From the NCBI GenBank assembly GCA_964473205.1, contig CAYYOK010000003.1, positions 22,417 through 86,416 on the forward strand: a stretch of DNA of 64,000 nt. Reading direction: 5' to 3'. This document shows positions 1 to 9,431 of this stretch, piece after piece. The position numbers and the translations under genes were made by a program. The stretch comes from an uncultured bacterium. Lineage in GTDB: Bacteria > Deinococcota > Deinococci > Deinococcales > Trueperaceae. The notes below the pieces were generated by a model, which was not told the DNA's origin, searched no databases, and was given only the letters and a program-made list of their open reading frames with translations. The first letter of the stretch is position 1. Every line of letters begins with the position of its first letter.

Positions 1-1074
1 GATGCCGAACGCGCTTCCGACCCCTTCGTAGGTGAGCAGGCCGGCGTGCGTGTTGAGGCCTAGCAGCAGCGCGGGATCGGCGAGGAGCGCGCGCGTCGGG
101 TCGGCGGCGAGCTTCAGCGCGTACGGCAGGGTCTGGTTCGACAGCGCCTTGGTGCTGGTGTTCGGCACCGCGCCAGGCATGTTCGCCACGCCGTAGTGCA
201 CGACGCCGTCGACGACGTAGGTCGGCTCGGCGTGGGTGGTGGCCTTGATCGTCTCGATGCAGCCGCCCTGGTCGACGGCGACGTCGACGATGACCGAGCC
301 CTTCTTCATGATGCCGAGCATGTCGCGCGTGACGAGCCGCGGGGCGCGGGCGCCGGGGATCAGCACCGCGCCGATGAGCAGGTCGGCGGTCGCGAGCAGC
401 TCGACGATGTTGCCGACGTTGCTGGCGCGCGTCTCGATCTGGCCGCCGAAGATGTCGTCGAGGTACTGCAGTCTGGCGTGGCTGACGTCGAGGATCGTGA
501 CCTTGGCGCCGAGCCCGAGCGCGATCTTGGCGGCGTTGGTGCCGACGGTGCCGCCGCCGAGGATGGCGACCTCGCCCTTGGACACGCCGGGGACGCCGCC
601 GAGCAGCAGGCCGCGGCCGCCTTGCGAGCGCTCGAGGAAGTGCGCGCCGACCTGGGTGGCCATGCGCCCGGCGACCTCGCTCATCGGCGTCAGCAGCGGC
701 AGGCTGCCGTTGGCTGTCTGCACGGTCTCGTAGGCGATGGCGGTGGTGCGAGATGCCAGCAGCGCCTCGGTGAGAGGCCGGTCGGCGGCGAGGTGGAGGT
801 AGGTGAACAGCAGCAGGTCGCTTCTGAGGTACTGGTACTCGGACGCGACGGGCTCCTTGACCTTCATCACCAGCCGCTGGCCCCAGGCGTCGGCGGTGGA
901 GACGATCTCGGCGCCGGCCGCGGCGTAGTCGGCATCGGAGAAGCCGGAGCCGTCGCCGGCGCTGGTCTCGACGAAGACGTTATGGCCTGCGTGCGCCAGC
1001 GCGTGAACCGCCGCCGGCGTGGCCGCCACGCGGTGCTCTAAGGTCTTGATCTCCTTGGGGATGCCGATGTTCAT
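1..1074 (-). CDS. ald: L-alanine dehydrogenase, C-terminus cut by window edge
   Basis: Hand translation of the reverse strand from ATG 1074..1072 gives [38 protein letters not shown], a canonical Ald N-terminus. The frame stays open to position 1. It is absent from the ORF track, probably because it is open-ended. Confidence 0.85.
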   Translation of the reverse strand, partial: MNIGIPKEIKTLEHRVAATPAAVHALAHAGHNVFVETSAGDGSGFSDADYAAAGAEIVSTADAWGQRLVMKVKEPVASEYQYLRSDLLLFTYLHLAADRPLTEALLASRTTAIAYETVQTANGSLPLLTPMSEVAGRMATQVGAHFLERSQGGRGLLLGGVPGVSKGEVAILGGGTVGTNAAKIALGLGAKVTILDVSHARLQYLDDIFGGQIETRASNVGNIVELLATADLLIGAVLIPGARAPRLVTRDMLGIMKKGSVIVDVAVDQGGCIETIKATTHAEPTYVVDGVVHYGVANMPGAVPNTSTKALSNQTLPYALKLAADPTRALLADPALLLGLNTHAGLLTYEGVGSAFGI

Positions 1075-1200
1075 GACGTTCGCTCCTAAGCGCCGGGCTC
1101 TCGCGGCCCGGTGCCCGTTGTAGTGGCGGGCTTGCCGGTCGTCATCACTCTACTCTCGCCCGAGCCCGGGCGCCGCGGCGTTCTGCGCACTGGGGCGCCA

Positions 1201-2112
1201 TCAGACGCCGCTGGGGAACACGCGCAGGAGGTCGACTCTGCCGGCGTCTCGCGCGTCCGGCTCGGCCAGCGCCACCAAGGTCCCGGCCGGGTCGACCAGC
1301 GCGCTGCGGCTTCTGAGGCGCGCCAGCTCACTGCGGCCCTGCCTGATCGCGGCGGCCTCCGCGGCGTTCAGCTCGACGATCGGGAGCCCCAGGGCGCTCA
1401 GCGCGGGCACGTCGGGCGCGGAAGCGATCTCGTCCAGCGGAGTCGCGGCCTCCAGCGAGACGTCGCCGCTGGCGGTCCTGACCAGGCCGCTCAGGTGCGC
1501 CGGCAGCCCGAGCGCGGCGCCGAGGTCGCGGGCGAAGGACCTCACGTAGGTGCCGGCCGAGACGGTCAGCTCGACGAGTGCGGTGGGATGCTCGCCGAGG
1601 GTGGGTGGCAGCTCGTTGTCCAGGATCCGCGGCAGGTCGTCCCGGCGTGGCGCGAAGGCCCTGAGCGTCAGCGACCGGTAGCTCACCGGCCTGGGCGGCG
1701 GTTCGACGGCCTCGCCGCGGCGGGCGGCCGCGTAGCTGCGCTCGCCTCCCCGCTTGATCGCGGAGTAAGCCGGCGGCGCCTGCTCGCGCAGCTCGAGGAA
1801 GGCCCCGAGCGCAGCCGCTAGCCGTTCCTCGTCGAGCCCCGAGGCGTCGGCGCTCTCCAGCACCGGACCTTCGGCGTCGAGGGTCGGCGTGCTCGCCCCG
1901 AACGAGACCCACGCCGTGTAGCTCTTGTCGTGCCCCGTCAGGTAGGGCGAGAGCTTGGTCGCCTCGCCGACGAGCAGGAGCAGCACGCCTGTCGCCAGCG
2001 GGTCCAGCGTGCCGGCGTGCCCGATCCGGCGCGTACCCAACAGGCGCCGGGCGCGCGCGACGACGTCGTGGGAGGTGAGGCCCAGCGGCTTGTCTACGCA
2101 TTTGATGCCCAC
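1201..2112 (-). CDS. truB: tRNA pseudouridine(55) synthase
   Basis: The 303-aa ORF has the VDKPLGLTSHDVV and GHAGTLDPLATGVLLL motifs typical of TruB. GTG start. Confidence 0.9.
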   Translation of the reverse strand: MGIKCVDKPLGLTSHDVVARARRLLGTRRIGHAGTLDPLATGVLLLLVGEATKLSPYLTGHDKSYTAWVSFGASTPTLDAEGPVLESADASGLDEERLAAALGAFLELREQAPPAYSAIKRGGERSYAAARRGEAVEPPPRPVSYRSLTLRAFAPRRDDLPRILDNELPPTLGEHPTALVELTVSAGTYVRSFARDLGAALGLPAHLSGLVRTASGDVSLEAATPLDEIASAPDVPALSALGLPIVELNAAEAAAIRQGRSELARLRSRSALVDPAGTLVALAEPDARDAGRVDLLRVFPSGV

Positions 2113-2138
2113 GGCGCTCAGGCTAGGCTAGACGTGGA

Positions 2139-3788
2139 TCAGAAGAACAGCGCCCGCGCCCAGGGGCTGATCAGCACCGCTGCCAGCAGCCCGAAGTGGA
2201 GCGTGAGCTGCGCCAGCAGCGCCTCCAGCCCGCTGCGGCGGCGCCTGAACGCGTCGCCGAGCAGCAGCCCGAACACGAGCAGCAGCGCCACCGGGGTGCC
2301 GAGGATCAGCGCGTAGAGGCTGGCCGAGATCACCGTCGCGATGGTCCCGTCGTAACGCTTCGCCAGCGGCGGTATCAGGAACGCCCGGAAGTAGAGCTCG
2401 ATCAGCGGCAGCAAGATCAGCGCAGCGACGACGAAGGGCGTGAGCTGCAGCAGGTCGAGGTAGAACCTGCCGAGGATCCCGTCGAAGGGCCGGTAGTGCA
2501 GGTAGGCCAGCGTCGCGCTGAGCATCAGCAGGCCCCAGCCGACGCCGATGAGGGGCTTCTTGGAGTCGCCGAGCAGCTTCTCGAGCGGCTCGAAGCCGTT
2601 GCCCTGTACCCTGCGCGAGACGAGCAGGGCCAGCAGCACCGCCAGCGTGAGCAGGAACAGCGCGCGCGCCTCTGACCCCTGCGCCGGCGTCAGCAGCACG
2701 AGCGGATTGTCGTAGCGGATGACGCCGAAGAAGATCGCGGCTAGGAGAGCGACGAGCGCAGCGGCGATGAGGATGCCGTAGACCTGCCCGACGCTCCACA
2801 GCCGCGGGCCCTCGATGACCTCCAGCGAGTTAGAGCTCGCGATGCGGCTCTCGCCCACCAGATGCGCCCCGACGACGACGAGCAGAAGCAGCAGCCACAC
2901 GATGGCGTTGCCGGCGACGAACGAGAGCAGGTTCTCGCGCCTGAACGACTCGCGCATCGCGAGGTTGCCAGCCTGCAGGTCGCCCTCGGAGTAGTAGATG
3001 AGGCCGAGCGAACGCAGGTCGCGGCTCTGCGCCTCGACGTCGCGGGAGCCGCGCAGCTGGTGGGCCGTGGCGAGGTTGCCGGCGGCGGCCTCGGTGTTGC
3101 CCTGCGCCCACTGGGCCATGCCGAGCAGCGAGCGCACCGCGGGGTCGCGATCGTCGCCGGTAAGCGTGATGTAGTCGACTAGCTGGCGCTCTGCGGCGAC
3201 GGCGTCGCCGAGACGCAGCCTGAGCCGAGCGTCGGCGAGGCGGTAGTTGACGTCGATCGAGTCGGCCGCGATCGCGGCGCCGTAGTGGTCGAAGGCCTCG
3301 GCGTACTCGCCGCGCTTCTCCGCGATCCGGCCGGCGGTGAGGTTGACGCGGCCCTCCAGCTCGCGGTTGGCGCGATCGATGAGCCGGCTGCGAGCCTGCC
3401 TCAGGTAGCCCTCGGCGTCGAGGACCCGGTCGGAGGCCAAGGCGGCCTCGGCGAGGAGGACCATGGGCCACGCGTCTCCGATGACGTTCTGGACGCGCCG
3501 GAGGCGCGTCTCGGCGCTCGCTACCTCGCCCAGCGCCAGCTCGACGCGCGCCAAGGTCAGGTCGGCATCGGCGAAGCCCGGCCTCACCTGTAACGCGTTG
3601 AGGCAGGCGAGCTTGGCGTTCTCCAGGTCGCCTCTCGCTTCGAACAGGAGGCACTGCTGGTAGTAGCGGTTCTCGTCGAACGCCTGGGCCGACGCGAAGC
3701 TGCCGGCCAGCGCCGCGACCAGAGCCGCGAGCGCCAACACGGCGCGCAGCCGTCCAACGGATCCGAGCAGACCCGAACCTTCTCTCAT
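2139..3788 (-). CDS. TPR-repeat protein fused to a CPBP (CAAX/Abi) intramembrane protease domain
   Basis: 549 aa. Signal/TM N-terminus, then about 280 aa of TPR-like helical repeats (ARGDLENAKLACLNALQVRP, AEKRGEYAEAFDHYGAAI), then a polytopic C-terminal half with the CPBP-like motif ELYFRAFL and a late His-containing helix. Confidence 0.65.
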   Translation of the reverse strand: MREGSGLLGSVGRLRAVLALAALVAALAGSFASAQAFDENRYYQQCLLFEARGDLENAKLACLNALQVRPGFADADLTLARVELALGEVASAETRLRRVQNVIGDAWPMVLLAEAALASDRVLDAEGYLRQARSRLIDRANRELEGRVNLTAGRIAEKRGEYAEAFDHYGAAIAADSIDVNYRLADARLRLRLGDAVAAERQLVDYITLTGDDRDPAVRSLLGMAQWAQGNTEAAAGNLATAHQLRGSRDVEAQSRDLRSLGLIYYSEGDLQAGNLAMRESFRRENLLSFVAGNAIVWLLLLLVVVGAHLVGESRIASSNSLEVIEGPRLWSVGQVYGILIAAALVALLAAIFFGVIRYDNPLVLLTPAQGSEARALFLLTLAVLLALLVSRRVQGNGFEPLEKLLGDSKKPLIGVGWGLLMLSATLAYLHYRPFDGILGRFYLDLLQLTPFVVAALILLPLIELYFRAFLIPPLAKRYDGTIATVISASLYALILGTPVALLLVFGLLLGDAFRRRRSGLEALLAQLTLHFGLLAAVLISPWARALFF

Positions 3789-4106
3789 AACTCCCCTTCA
3801 CAAGCTCAGCGGCCGCCAGCGTACCGAAGGCATCCTGGCTCTCCCTAACGCTCGCTAAGCCACGTCCCGACCACTATTGACCGCCGGGCGCCACGCAGGT
3901 GGTTAGGTCATTCACTTATCTCATACTCGACTTGTCGGGTCTGGGACGGGGCTTATGAAGGTTAACTTAAGCGGCTGTCCGCCGCCCCTAATGGCCGGCG
4001 GTTACGATGCTGTCGTGACCTGTGCATGCGTCCGCAGCGTAAGAGCCGGCTTCGCCCTGGTTGGCGAGCCGTCAGCGGCCGGCCGCAGCCAGGTCGGGGT
4101 CCTGAC

Positions 4107-4475
4107 ATGAGCCTGGTCCAACTGTTCTTCATCATCCAACTCGCCCTGCAACTGCCGGCGATGGCCGACGGCACCGAGGTGCGCCTCGTGTCCCGCGACC
4201 TGCTGACGGTCTACGCCAGCGCCACCGTCGTCGGCGGCAACCTCACGTTCGAAGAGTTCCCGGCGCCAGGCACCGAGGTTCGCGTGCTGATCTTCCCGCC
4301 CGACGCCGGCCCTGCCGAGCAGGCCGAGGCGCTGAGCGGCGCCGCGGCGCTGGCCGGCAGCGTCAGCCTCGCGGGCGACGACGTGATGCTCGTCGATCCG
4401 GACTTGGAGCGTCCGGTCTCCCTCAGAGAGCTCTTGCTGCACGAGCGCAACGTGCGCCTGGTGCTGCCCAGATGA
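4107..4475 (+). CDS. small hypothetical protein with signal-peptide-like N-terminus
   Basis: Internal ATG of track ORF 4026..4475. The N-terminus MSLVQLFFIIQLALQLPAMADG resembles a Sec signal. No recognisable domain. Lies directly upstream of the two-component pair. Confidence 0.35.
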   Translation: MSLVQLFFIIQLALQLPAMADGTEVRLVSRDLLTVYASATVVGGNLTFEEFPAPGTEVRVLIFPPDAGPAEQAEALSGAAALAGSVSLAGDDVMLVDPDLERPVSLRELLLHERNVRLVLPR

Positions 4476-4512
4476 CGCCTAGACAGATGGCACCGTGATG
4501 ACAGGAGGAGAG

Positions 4513-5181
4513 ATGTCACGCAAACGCATCCTCATCGTCGAAGACGACGTCGACATCCTCAGGCTGCTGACCCGCGAGCTCAAGGATGCCGGTTTCGACG
4601 TCCTCGCCTACGAGAGCGGCATTCGTGGCCTCTCGGCCGTGCGCGAGAACCAACCCGACCTGGTGATCTTGGACCTGGGCCTGCCAGACCTGAGCGGACA
4701 GGAGATCGCGCGGCGCGTGCGGCGCACCGGCGACACCCCGATCCTGATCCTGACCGCCGCCGACGAGGTCGGCACCAAGGTCGAGATGCTCAACGCCGGC
4801 GCCGACGACTACCTCGCCAAACCGTTCCACGTGCAGGAGCTGCTCGCCCGCGTGAACGTGCAGCTCCGCAAGCGCACGCTCGGCAGCGCGCTGAAGGTCG
4901 GCGAGATGAGCATCGACCCGGTCAGGCGCCAGGTGAAATGGGCCGAGGAAGAGGTGCGCCTGAGCCCTCGCGAGTACGAGCTGCTCGTCTACCTCGCCGG
5001 TCAGCCCGGCCGCGTCTACAGCCGCAAGGAGATCGAGAACAACGTCTGGGGCGAGGACCTGCCGCCGAGCAGCAACGTCGTGGACGTGCACATCGCCAAC
5101 ATCCGCGGCAAGCTGCGCGACGCCGGCGGTTTCGGGGTCATCCGCACCGTCAGGGGCGTAGGCTACGCGCTCAAGTCCTGA
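4513..5181 (+). CDS. OmpR/PhoB-family response regulator
   Basis: Receiver domain (ILIVEDD, LVILDLGLPDLSG, KPF) plus a winged-helix output (LSPREYELLVYLA, RTVRGVGYAL). ATG 4513 is preceded by AGGAGGAG at 4503..4510. Confidence 0.9.
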   Translation: MSRKRILIVEDDVDILRLLTRELKDAGFDVLAYESGIRGLSAVRENQPDLVILDLGLPDLSGQEIARRVRRTGDTPILILTAADEVGTKVEMLNAGADDYLAKPFHVQELLARVNVQLRKRTLGSALKVGEMSIDPVRRQVKWAEEEVRLSPREYELLVYLAGQPGRVYSRKEIENNVWGEDLPPSSNVVDVHIANIRGKLRDAGGFGVIRTVRGVGYALKS

Positions 5182-5212
5182 CTTCGCACCGCGCTCCTAG
5201 GAGGCGCCCAGC

Positions 5213-6565
5213 GTGCCGGAGCTGAACGCCCCGCGCCTGTCGTTGACCTGGAGGGTGGCGCTGCTGGCCGGCGCCGCCACCACGGTCTTGGCGGGGCTGA
5301 CGCTGGTCGTGTCCTACCTGACGGTGCAGAACGGCCTCTACGGCGACCTCAGGCGCGCCCTGCGCGAGGACGCCGACATCCTCGCCGAGCTCTACGACAC
5401 CGGTGGCAGCGCCGCCGAGCTGATCACGGGCCCGACGGGCGGCAGCATCCTGCAGGTCTACGGCGCCAGCGGCGAGCTGCTGGCTGCGTCGCGGCCCGAG
5501 TTCGAGCGCGCCATCGCTGCCATCCCGCCGTCGGACGTGGCCGGGGCGCGGCGCGTGCCGACGCGCTGGAGCGGGAGGCTATCGGGGCGTCAGATGGAGG
5601 TCGCGCTGGCGCCGTTCAGCCTCGGCGTCGTCGCGGTGCTCGCCGACCCGAGCTACATCGCCGACAGCCTGGCCGAGCTCTCCCGCTCGCTCCTGGTGGC
5701 GGGCGGGCTGCTGGTCGTGCTGAGCCTCCTGGTCGGCTACGGCGTGGCAGCCTCGTCATTGCGGCCGGTCGCGAGGCTGGCGAACCGCGCCGCGCAGCTC
5801 GGGCCGGAGCGGCTCGAGCCGATCAGCTACCGCGGCCCCAACGACGAGGTCGGGCGCCTCGCGCACAGCCTCAACGACCTGCTGGCGCGCGTGCGCGACT
5901 CGCGCGACGCTCAGCGGGTGTTCCTCGCCGAGACCAGCCACGAGCTCAGGACCCCGCTCACCAGCCTCACCGGTTTCCTCGACCGCGCAGCGCGGACCTC
6001 CGGTCCCGAGGCCGCCGAGGACCTGCGCGATGCTCAGCGCGTCGCGACGACGATGGCGCGCCTCGTCGAGGACCTGCTGCAGCTCTCGCGCGGCGAGCTG
6101 GTCAAGGAGGCCGGCGTCCACCTCGTCGATCTCGGCGCGGACGTCCTGCGGCCGGTGGCGGCGGAGTTCGACGGCGTCGCGCTCGAGGCCGCCCGCGGCG
6201 TGCTGGTGCTGGGCGACCCGCAGCGGCTCAGACAGCTCGTGCGCAACCTCGTCGCCAACGGCGTTCGCGCCGCCCGCGGCCCGGCCGGCGTCACGCTGCG
6301 ACTGGGCCAGCAGGGCGACGAGGCCGTGGTGAAGGTCGAGGACGACGGTTCCGGCATCGCGCCCGAGCTGCTCGAGAAGATCTTCGAGAAGTTCTACAAG
6401 GGCGCGGGCGGGGGCTCCGGCCTGGGCCTGGCGATCGCCAGGCAGGTGGCGGTGCATCACGGCGGCACGCTAACCGCGGCCAGCCGGCCGGGCGAGACCG
6501 TCTTCGAGCTGAGGCTGCCGCTCGTCACCGAGGAGGACGACGAGGGGTGGACGGGCGAGACATGA
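5213..6565 (+). CDS. sensor histidine kinase (HisKA/HATPase_c)
   Basis: Two TM segments, H-box SHELRTPLTSL, N-box VRNLVANGVRAA, G-boxes DDGSGIAPE and GSGLGLAIAR. GTG start 8 nt after GGAGG. Confidence 0.9.
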   Translation: MPELNAPRLSLTWRVALLAGAATTVLAGLTLVVSYLTVQNGLYGDLRRALREDADILAELYDTGGSAAELITGPTGGSILQVYGASGELLAASRPEFERAIAAIPPSDVAGARRVPTRWSGRLSGRQMEVALAPFSLGVVAVLADPSYIADSLAELSRSLLVAGGLLVVLSLLVGYGVAASSLRPVARLANRAAQLGPERLEPISYRGPNDEVGRLAHSLNDLLARVRDSRDAQRVFLAETSHELRTPLTSLTGFLDRAARTSGPEAAEDLRDAQRVATTMARLVEDLLQLSRGELVKEAGVHLVDLGADVLRPVAAEFDGVALEAARGVLVLGDPQRLRQLVRNLVANGVRAARGPAGVTLRLGQQGDEAVVKVEDDGSGIAPELLEKIFEKFYKGAGGGSGLGLAIARQVAVHHGGTLTAASRPGETVFELRLPLVTEEDDEGWTGET

Positions 6566-6611
6566 GGGAGCCTGCCGGCGTCGCTCCGCGTCGGCGGGCG
6601 CGACCGATCGC

Positions 6612-8318
6612 TCAGAGCTTCGGGAGCGTCACCCCGCGCTGGCCCTGGTACTTGCCCTTGCGGTCGCCATAGGTGATCTCTGGTCTCTCGCCCTGGAAGA
6701 ACAAGAGCTGGACTATGCCCTCGTTGGCGTAGACCTTCGCTGGTAGTGGGGTGGTGTTCGATAGCTCGAGAGTGACATGGCCTTCCCAGCCGGGTTCCAA
6801 AGGCGTTACGTTCGCGACGATGCCACAATTAGCCACGAAGACGCCGGCCTCGAGGGCGAAGTTGCCGGCCTCGGGGACCGTCAGGCAGTACACGTCGTGA
6901 TCGCCCTTCAGTTCGCGCACACTGCTTACCTTGTGGTTTTTCTTCAGGTCGCCGCGTTTGGGTCCACTCCGAGCGAGGCCCCGATGGGCTGCTATCACGT
7001 CAGGGAAGCGGCGGAACACGCTTCTGTCGCAACTCAGAAGGCGCGCCGCGCCGCGGATCGAGCCGGTTTCGTCGAGCGCGGCCCTGACTCTGTCGGCATC
7101 GATGTGCCGTAAGAGCCTGATTCGCCTTGCGCGCTCGGCTTGCGCCACTCGGCGGGTATCGCTCGCCTGAGACCACGCCTGTCGCGACCGGTCACCCTGA
7201 GCCAGTCTTGCCGAATCGTTCCCCTCCCAGAACACCGCCTGCCTATGGCGCTGGGCTTCGCGCTCACTCTCGGTCCAACGCTGCCGATGGATCTCGAGGA
7301 GCTTGGAACGGGTTGCCGCGTAAGCCTCATCGTGCCAGAAGTTCCTTGCGCGCCGGGCCTGCTCGGCTCTGAACTGGGCTATCCAAGCGGGATCCGCCGC
7401 CAGGCGTCGGAAAGCCTCCTTGATAGCCTCAGAGTGTTCGGCTGGGTCGAAGTCCTCACCGAAGGTCAGCGAGTTGTGATGTTTGATGTGCTCGGCCGCG
7501 GACATGCGCACCAGGTTCCATGGGTTGTTGTTGCGCCTGTCGTGGTCTACGTGGTGGCGATGCGTGCCCGGCTCCGCCTCGTACACACTGTTCCTAAGGT
7601 TCCACTCGTCCGCCAGGCGATGCGTCGGGTAGTAGTTGCCTGTCAGCGGCTGGTAGGTCATCTCGTAACCGCGGTAAGGCGCGCGGTAGAGAGGCATCAG
7701 CGCGTCGTTCGGACGCAGGTCGGCGGCCTGAGTCCAGCTTCCGTCGCGGCGCATGAAGTCGTGGTCAGGGGTAGCTCTGATGCTCTGGCCGTCGTCCAAG
7801 GTGATCTCTAGGAGCGAGTCGCGACCGATCAGCCTTGGCGAGTCCAGAAGCGTCACCATCAGTTGACCGTTCTGGCCGAGAGAGTAGCCCCACGCCAACT
7901 CGCCGTCGCGATGCCGATCCGCGAGCTCCTCGAGGGTAGGAGCCGTTCCGTCTACCAACGCCACACGTGTGTCGGCGCTGAAGCACCTCGCGTAGGAGGA
8001 CTTCCCCAACGCGATCACCATCGTGTCTTCAGGGATCTTCAAGTACTCCACGGAACGCGTCAGCACGAAACTGTTCGGCGGGATGATGCAGGTGTCGTCA
8101 CTAGACTCGACGAGGCTGCGCGTGTCGAAGTTCTTCGGATCGACGACCGTGTTGAACGCGTTGACGAAGATGCGCCACTCGGGGGCGGCGCGCAGGTCGT
8201 AACCGAAGCTGGATAGCCCGTAGCTGATGACGCCGTCGCGCACCAACCGGTCCTCGAAGGGCGTGATCATGCCCTCTTGCGCCCGCTCCCTGATCCAACG
8301 GTCGGACTTGATGCTCAT
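6612..8318 (-). CDS. dcd: dCTP deaminase precursor interrupted by an intein
   Basis: N-extein [22 protein letters not shown]...[11 protein letters not shown] (111 aa) and C-extein [44 protein letters not shown]...(71 aa) together make a normal 182-aa Dcd. Start taken at ATG 8318 rather than the upstream track start 8423. Confidence 0.85.
   Translation of the reverse strand: MSIKSDRWIRERAQEGMITPFEDRLVRDGVISYGLSSFGYDLRAAPEWRIFVNAFNTVVDPKNFDTRSLVESSDDTCIIPPNSFVLTRSVEYLKIPEDTMVIALGKSSYARCFSADTRVALVDGTAPTLEELADRHRDGELAWGYSLGQNGQLMVTLLDSPRLIGRDSLLEITLDDGQSIRATPDHDFMRRDGSWTQAADLRPNDALMPLYRAPYRGYEMTYQPLTGNYYPTHRLADEWNLRNSVYEAEPGTHRHHVDHDRRNNNPWNLVRMSAAEHIKHHNSLTFGEDFDPAEHSEAIKEAFRRLAADPAWIAQFRAEQARRARNFWHDEAYAATRSKLLEIHRQRWTESEREAQRHRQAVFWEGNDSARLAQGDRSRQAWSQASDTRRVAQAERARRIRLLRHIDADRVRAALDETGSIRGAARLLSCDRSVFRRFPDVIAAHRGLARSGPKRGDLKKNHKVSSVRELKGDHDVYCLTVPEAGNFALEAGVFVANCGIVANVTPLEPGWEGHVTLELSNTTPLPAKVYANEGIVQLLFFQGERPEITYGDRKGKYQGQRGVTLPKL
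6828..7985 (-). mobile_element. intein (386 codons) with HNH homing-endonuclease domain inside dcd
   Basis: Cys1 codon at 7985..7983 ([13 protein letters not shown], block A), TxxH block B (ATPDHDF), HNH motif [31 protein letters not shown] at 7473..7562. Blocks F/G are [23 protein letters not shown], ending in Asn (6830..6828) and followed by Cys+1 (6827..6825). Confidence 0.8.
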
Positions 8319-8548
8319 AGCGAGCAGTCTAGTCTGTCGCGCGGTCATGGGACTGGAGTACTTAGGTCTGCGCCGAGCAGCTTTAGGCTCGAACCTAGTT
8401 GACCGCCGGGCTCGTGTCGGCACGCGTCTAGGTCGACCGCAGGAGATCCGGCTGCAAGATCGACGACGCCGGCGGCGATCTACGCCGCGGCATCGGTGAG
8501 CGCTTCCTGATTACAATGTGATATCATGATGATTGCAAGGAGGATCTC

Positions 8549-9430
8549 ATGATCCGTGTGCAGGAGAAAGCGGCTTTCAAGGTCAACGGCTTCCCGTTTC
8601 TCGTCTTGGTAGTGGCGATCTTGGTCGCGGCCGGCTGGGTGTTCATCAGCGGAGTTGCGGCTCCGGTGGGCGGAGGGTCCAGGGTTCTGCTGGGCATCGC
8701 GCTCCTGGTCATCGCCCTGGTGATGTTCGGCGGGTTCTTCACGGTCCAGCCCAACGAGTCGCGCGTCCTCACCTTCTTCGGCACCTACACGGGCAGCGTG
8801 CGGGACTCCGGGTTCTGGTTCACCAACCCGTTCACGATCAAGAAGCACGTCAGCCTCAGGGTCCGCAACTTCAACAGCGAGAGGCTGAAGGTCAACGACG
8901 CCGACGGCAACCCGGTGGAGATCGCCACCGTGGTCGTGTGGCGCGTCATCGAGTCGGCCAAGGCCGTGTTCGACGTCGACGACTACGAGCAGTTCGTCGA
9001 CATCCAGGCCGAGACCGCCCTGCGCAACCTCGCCACCCGCTACCCCTACGACGCCACCGGGATAGAGCGCCCCAGCCTGCGCGAGAACCCCGAGGAGCTG
9101 GCGCAGGCGCTCAAGTCCGAGCTCGACGCGCGGCTGGAGATCGCGGGGGTCGACGTGATGGAGGCGCGGCTGACGCACCTCGCCTACGCGCCCGAGATCG
9201 CGCACACGATGCTCAGGCGCCAGCAGGCTCAGGCCGTGGTGGCCGCGCGCAAGCTGATCGTCGAGGCTGCTGTCGGCATGGTCGAGGACGCGCTCGGCGG
9301 CCTGGCATCCAGCGGGGTCGAGTTGGACACCGACAAGCGCGCCGCCATGGCCAACAACCTGATGGTGGCCCTCACCAGCGACTCCGGCGTCTCGCCCGTG
9401 ATCAACACCGGGACGCTCTACGGTGGTTGA
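8549..9430 (+). CDS. SPFH/band-7 domain membrane protein
   Basis: 293 aa. Two N-terminal TM helices, then an SPFH-like core (FFTVQPNESRVLTFFG...RNFNSERLKVNDADGNPVEIATVVVWRV). AAGGAGG RBS upstream. Confidence 0.8.
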   Translation: MIRVQEKAAFKVNGFPFLVLVVAILVAAGWVFISGVAAPVGGGSRVLLGIALLVIALVMFGGFFTVQPNESRVLTFFGTYTGSVRDSGFWFTNPFTIKKHVSLRVRNFNSERLKVNDADGNPVEIATVVVWRVIESAKAVFDVDDYEQFVDIQAETALRNLATRYPYDATGIERPSLRENPEELAQALKSELDARLEIAGVDVMEARLTHLAYAPEIAHTMLRRQQAQAVVAARKLIVEAAVGMVEDALGGLASSGVELDTDKRAAMANNLMVALTSDSGVSPVINTGTLYGG

Positions 9431-9431
9431 G

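Noticed and set aside
8319-8423. Upstream extension of dcd (track start 8423)
   Set aside because: Dcd homologues begin at the [11 protein letters not shown]-type motif, and the extension is Arg-rich and unconserved-looking. The start was moved to ATG 8318.
8490-8548. AT-rich segment with the TGATATCA palindrome before the SPFH gene
   Set aside because: The palindrome is short (8 bp) and lies in an ordinary promoter/RBS context (AAGGAGG follows). There is nothing beyond a probable promoter.
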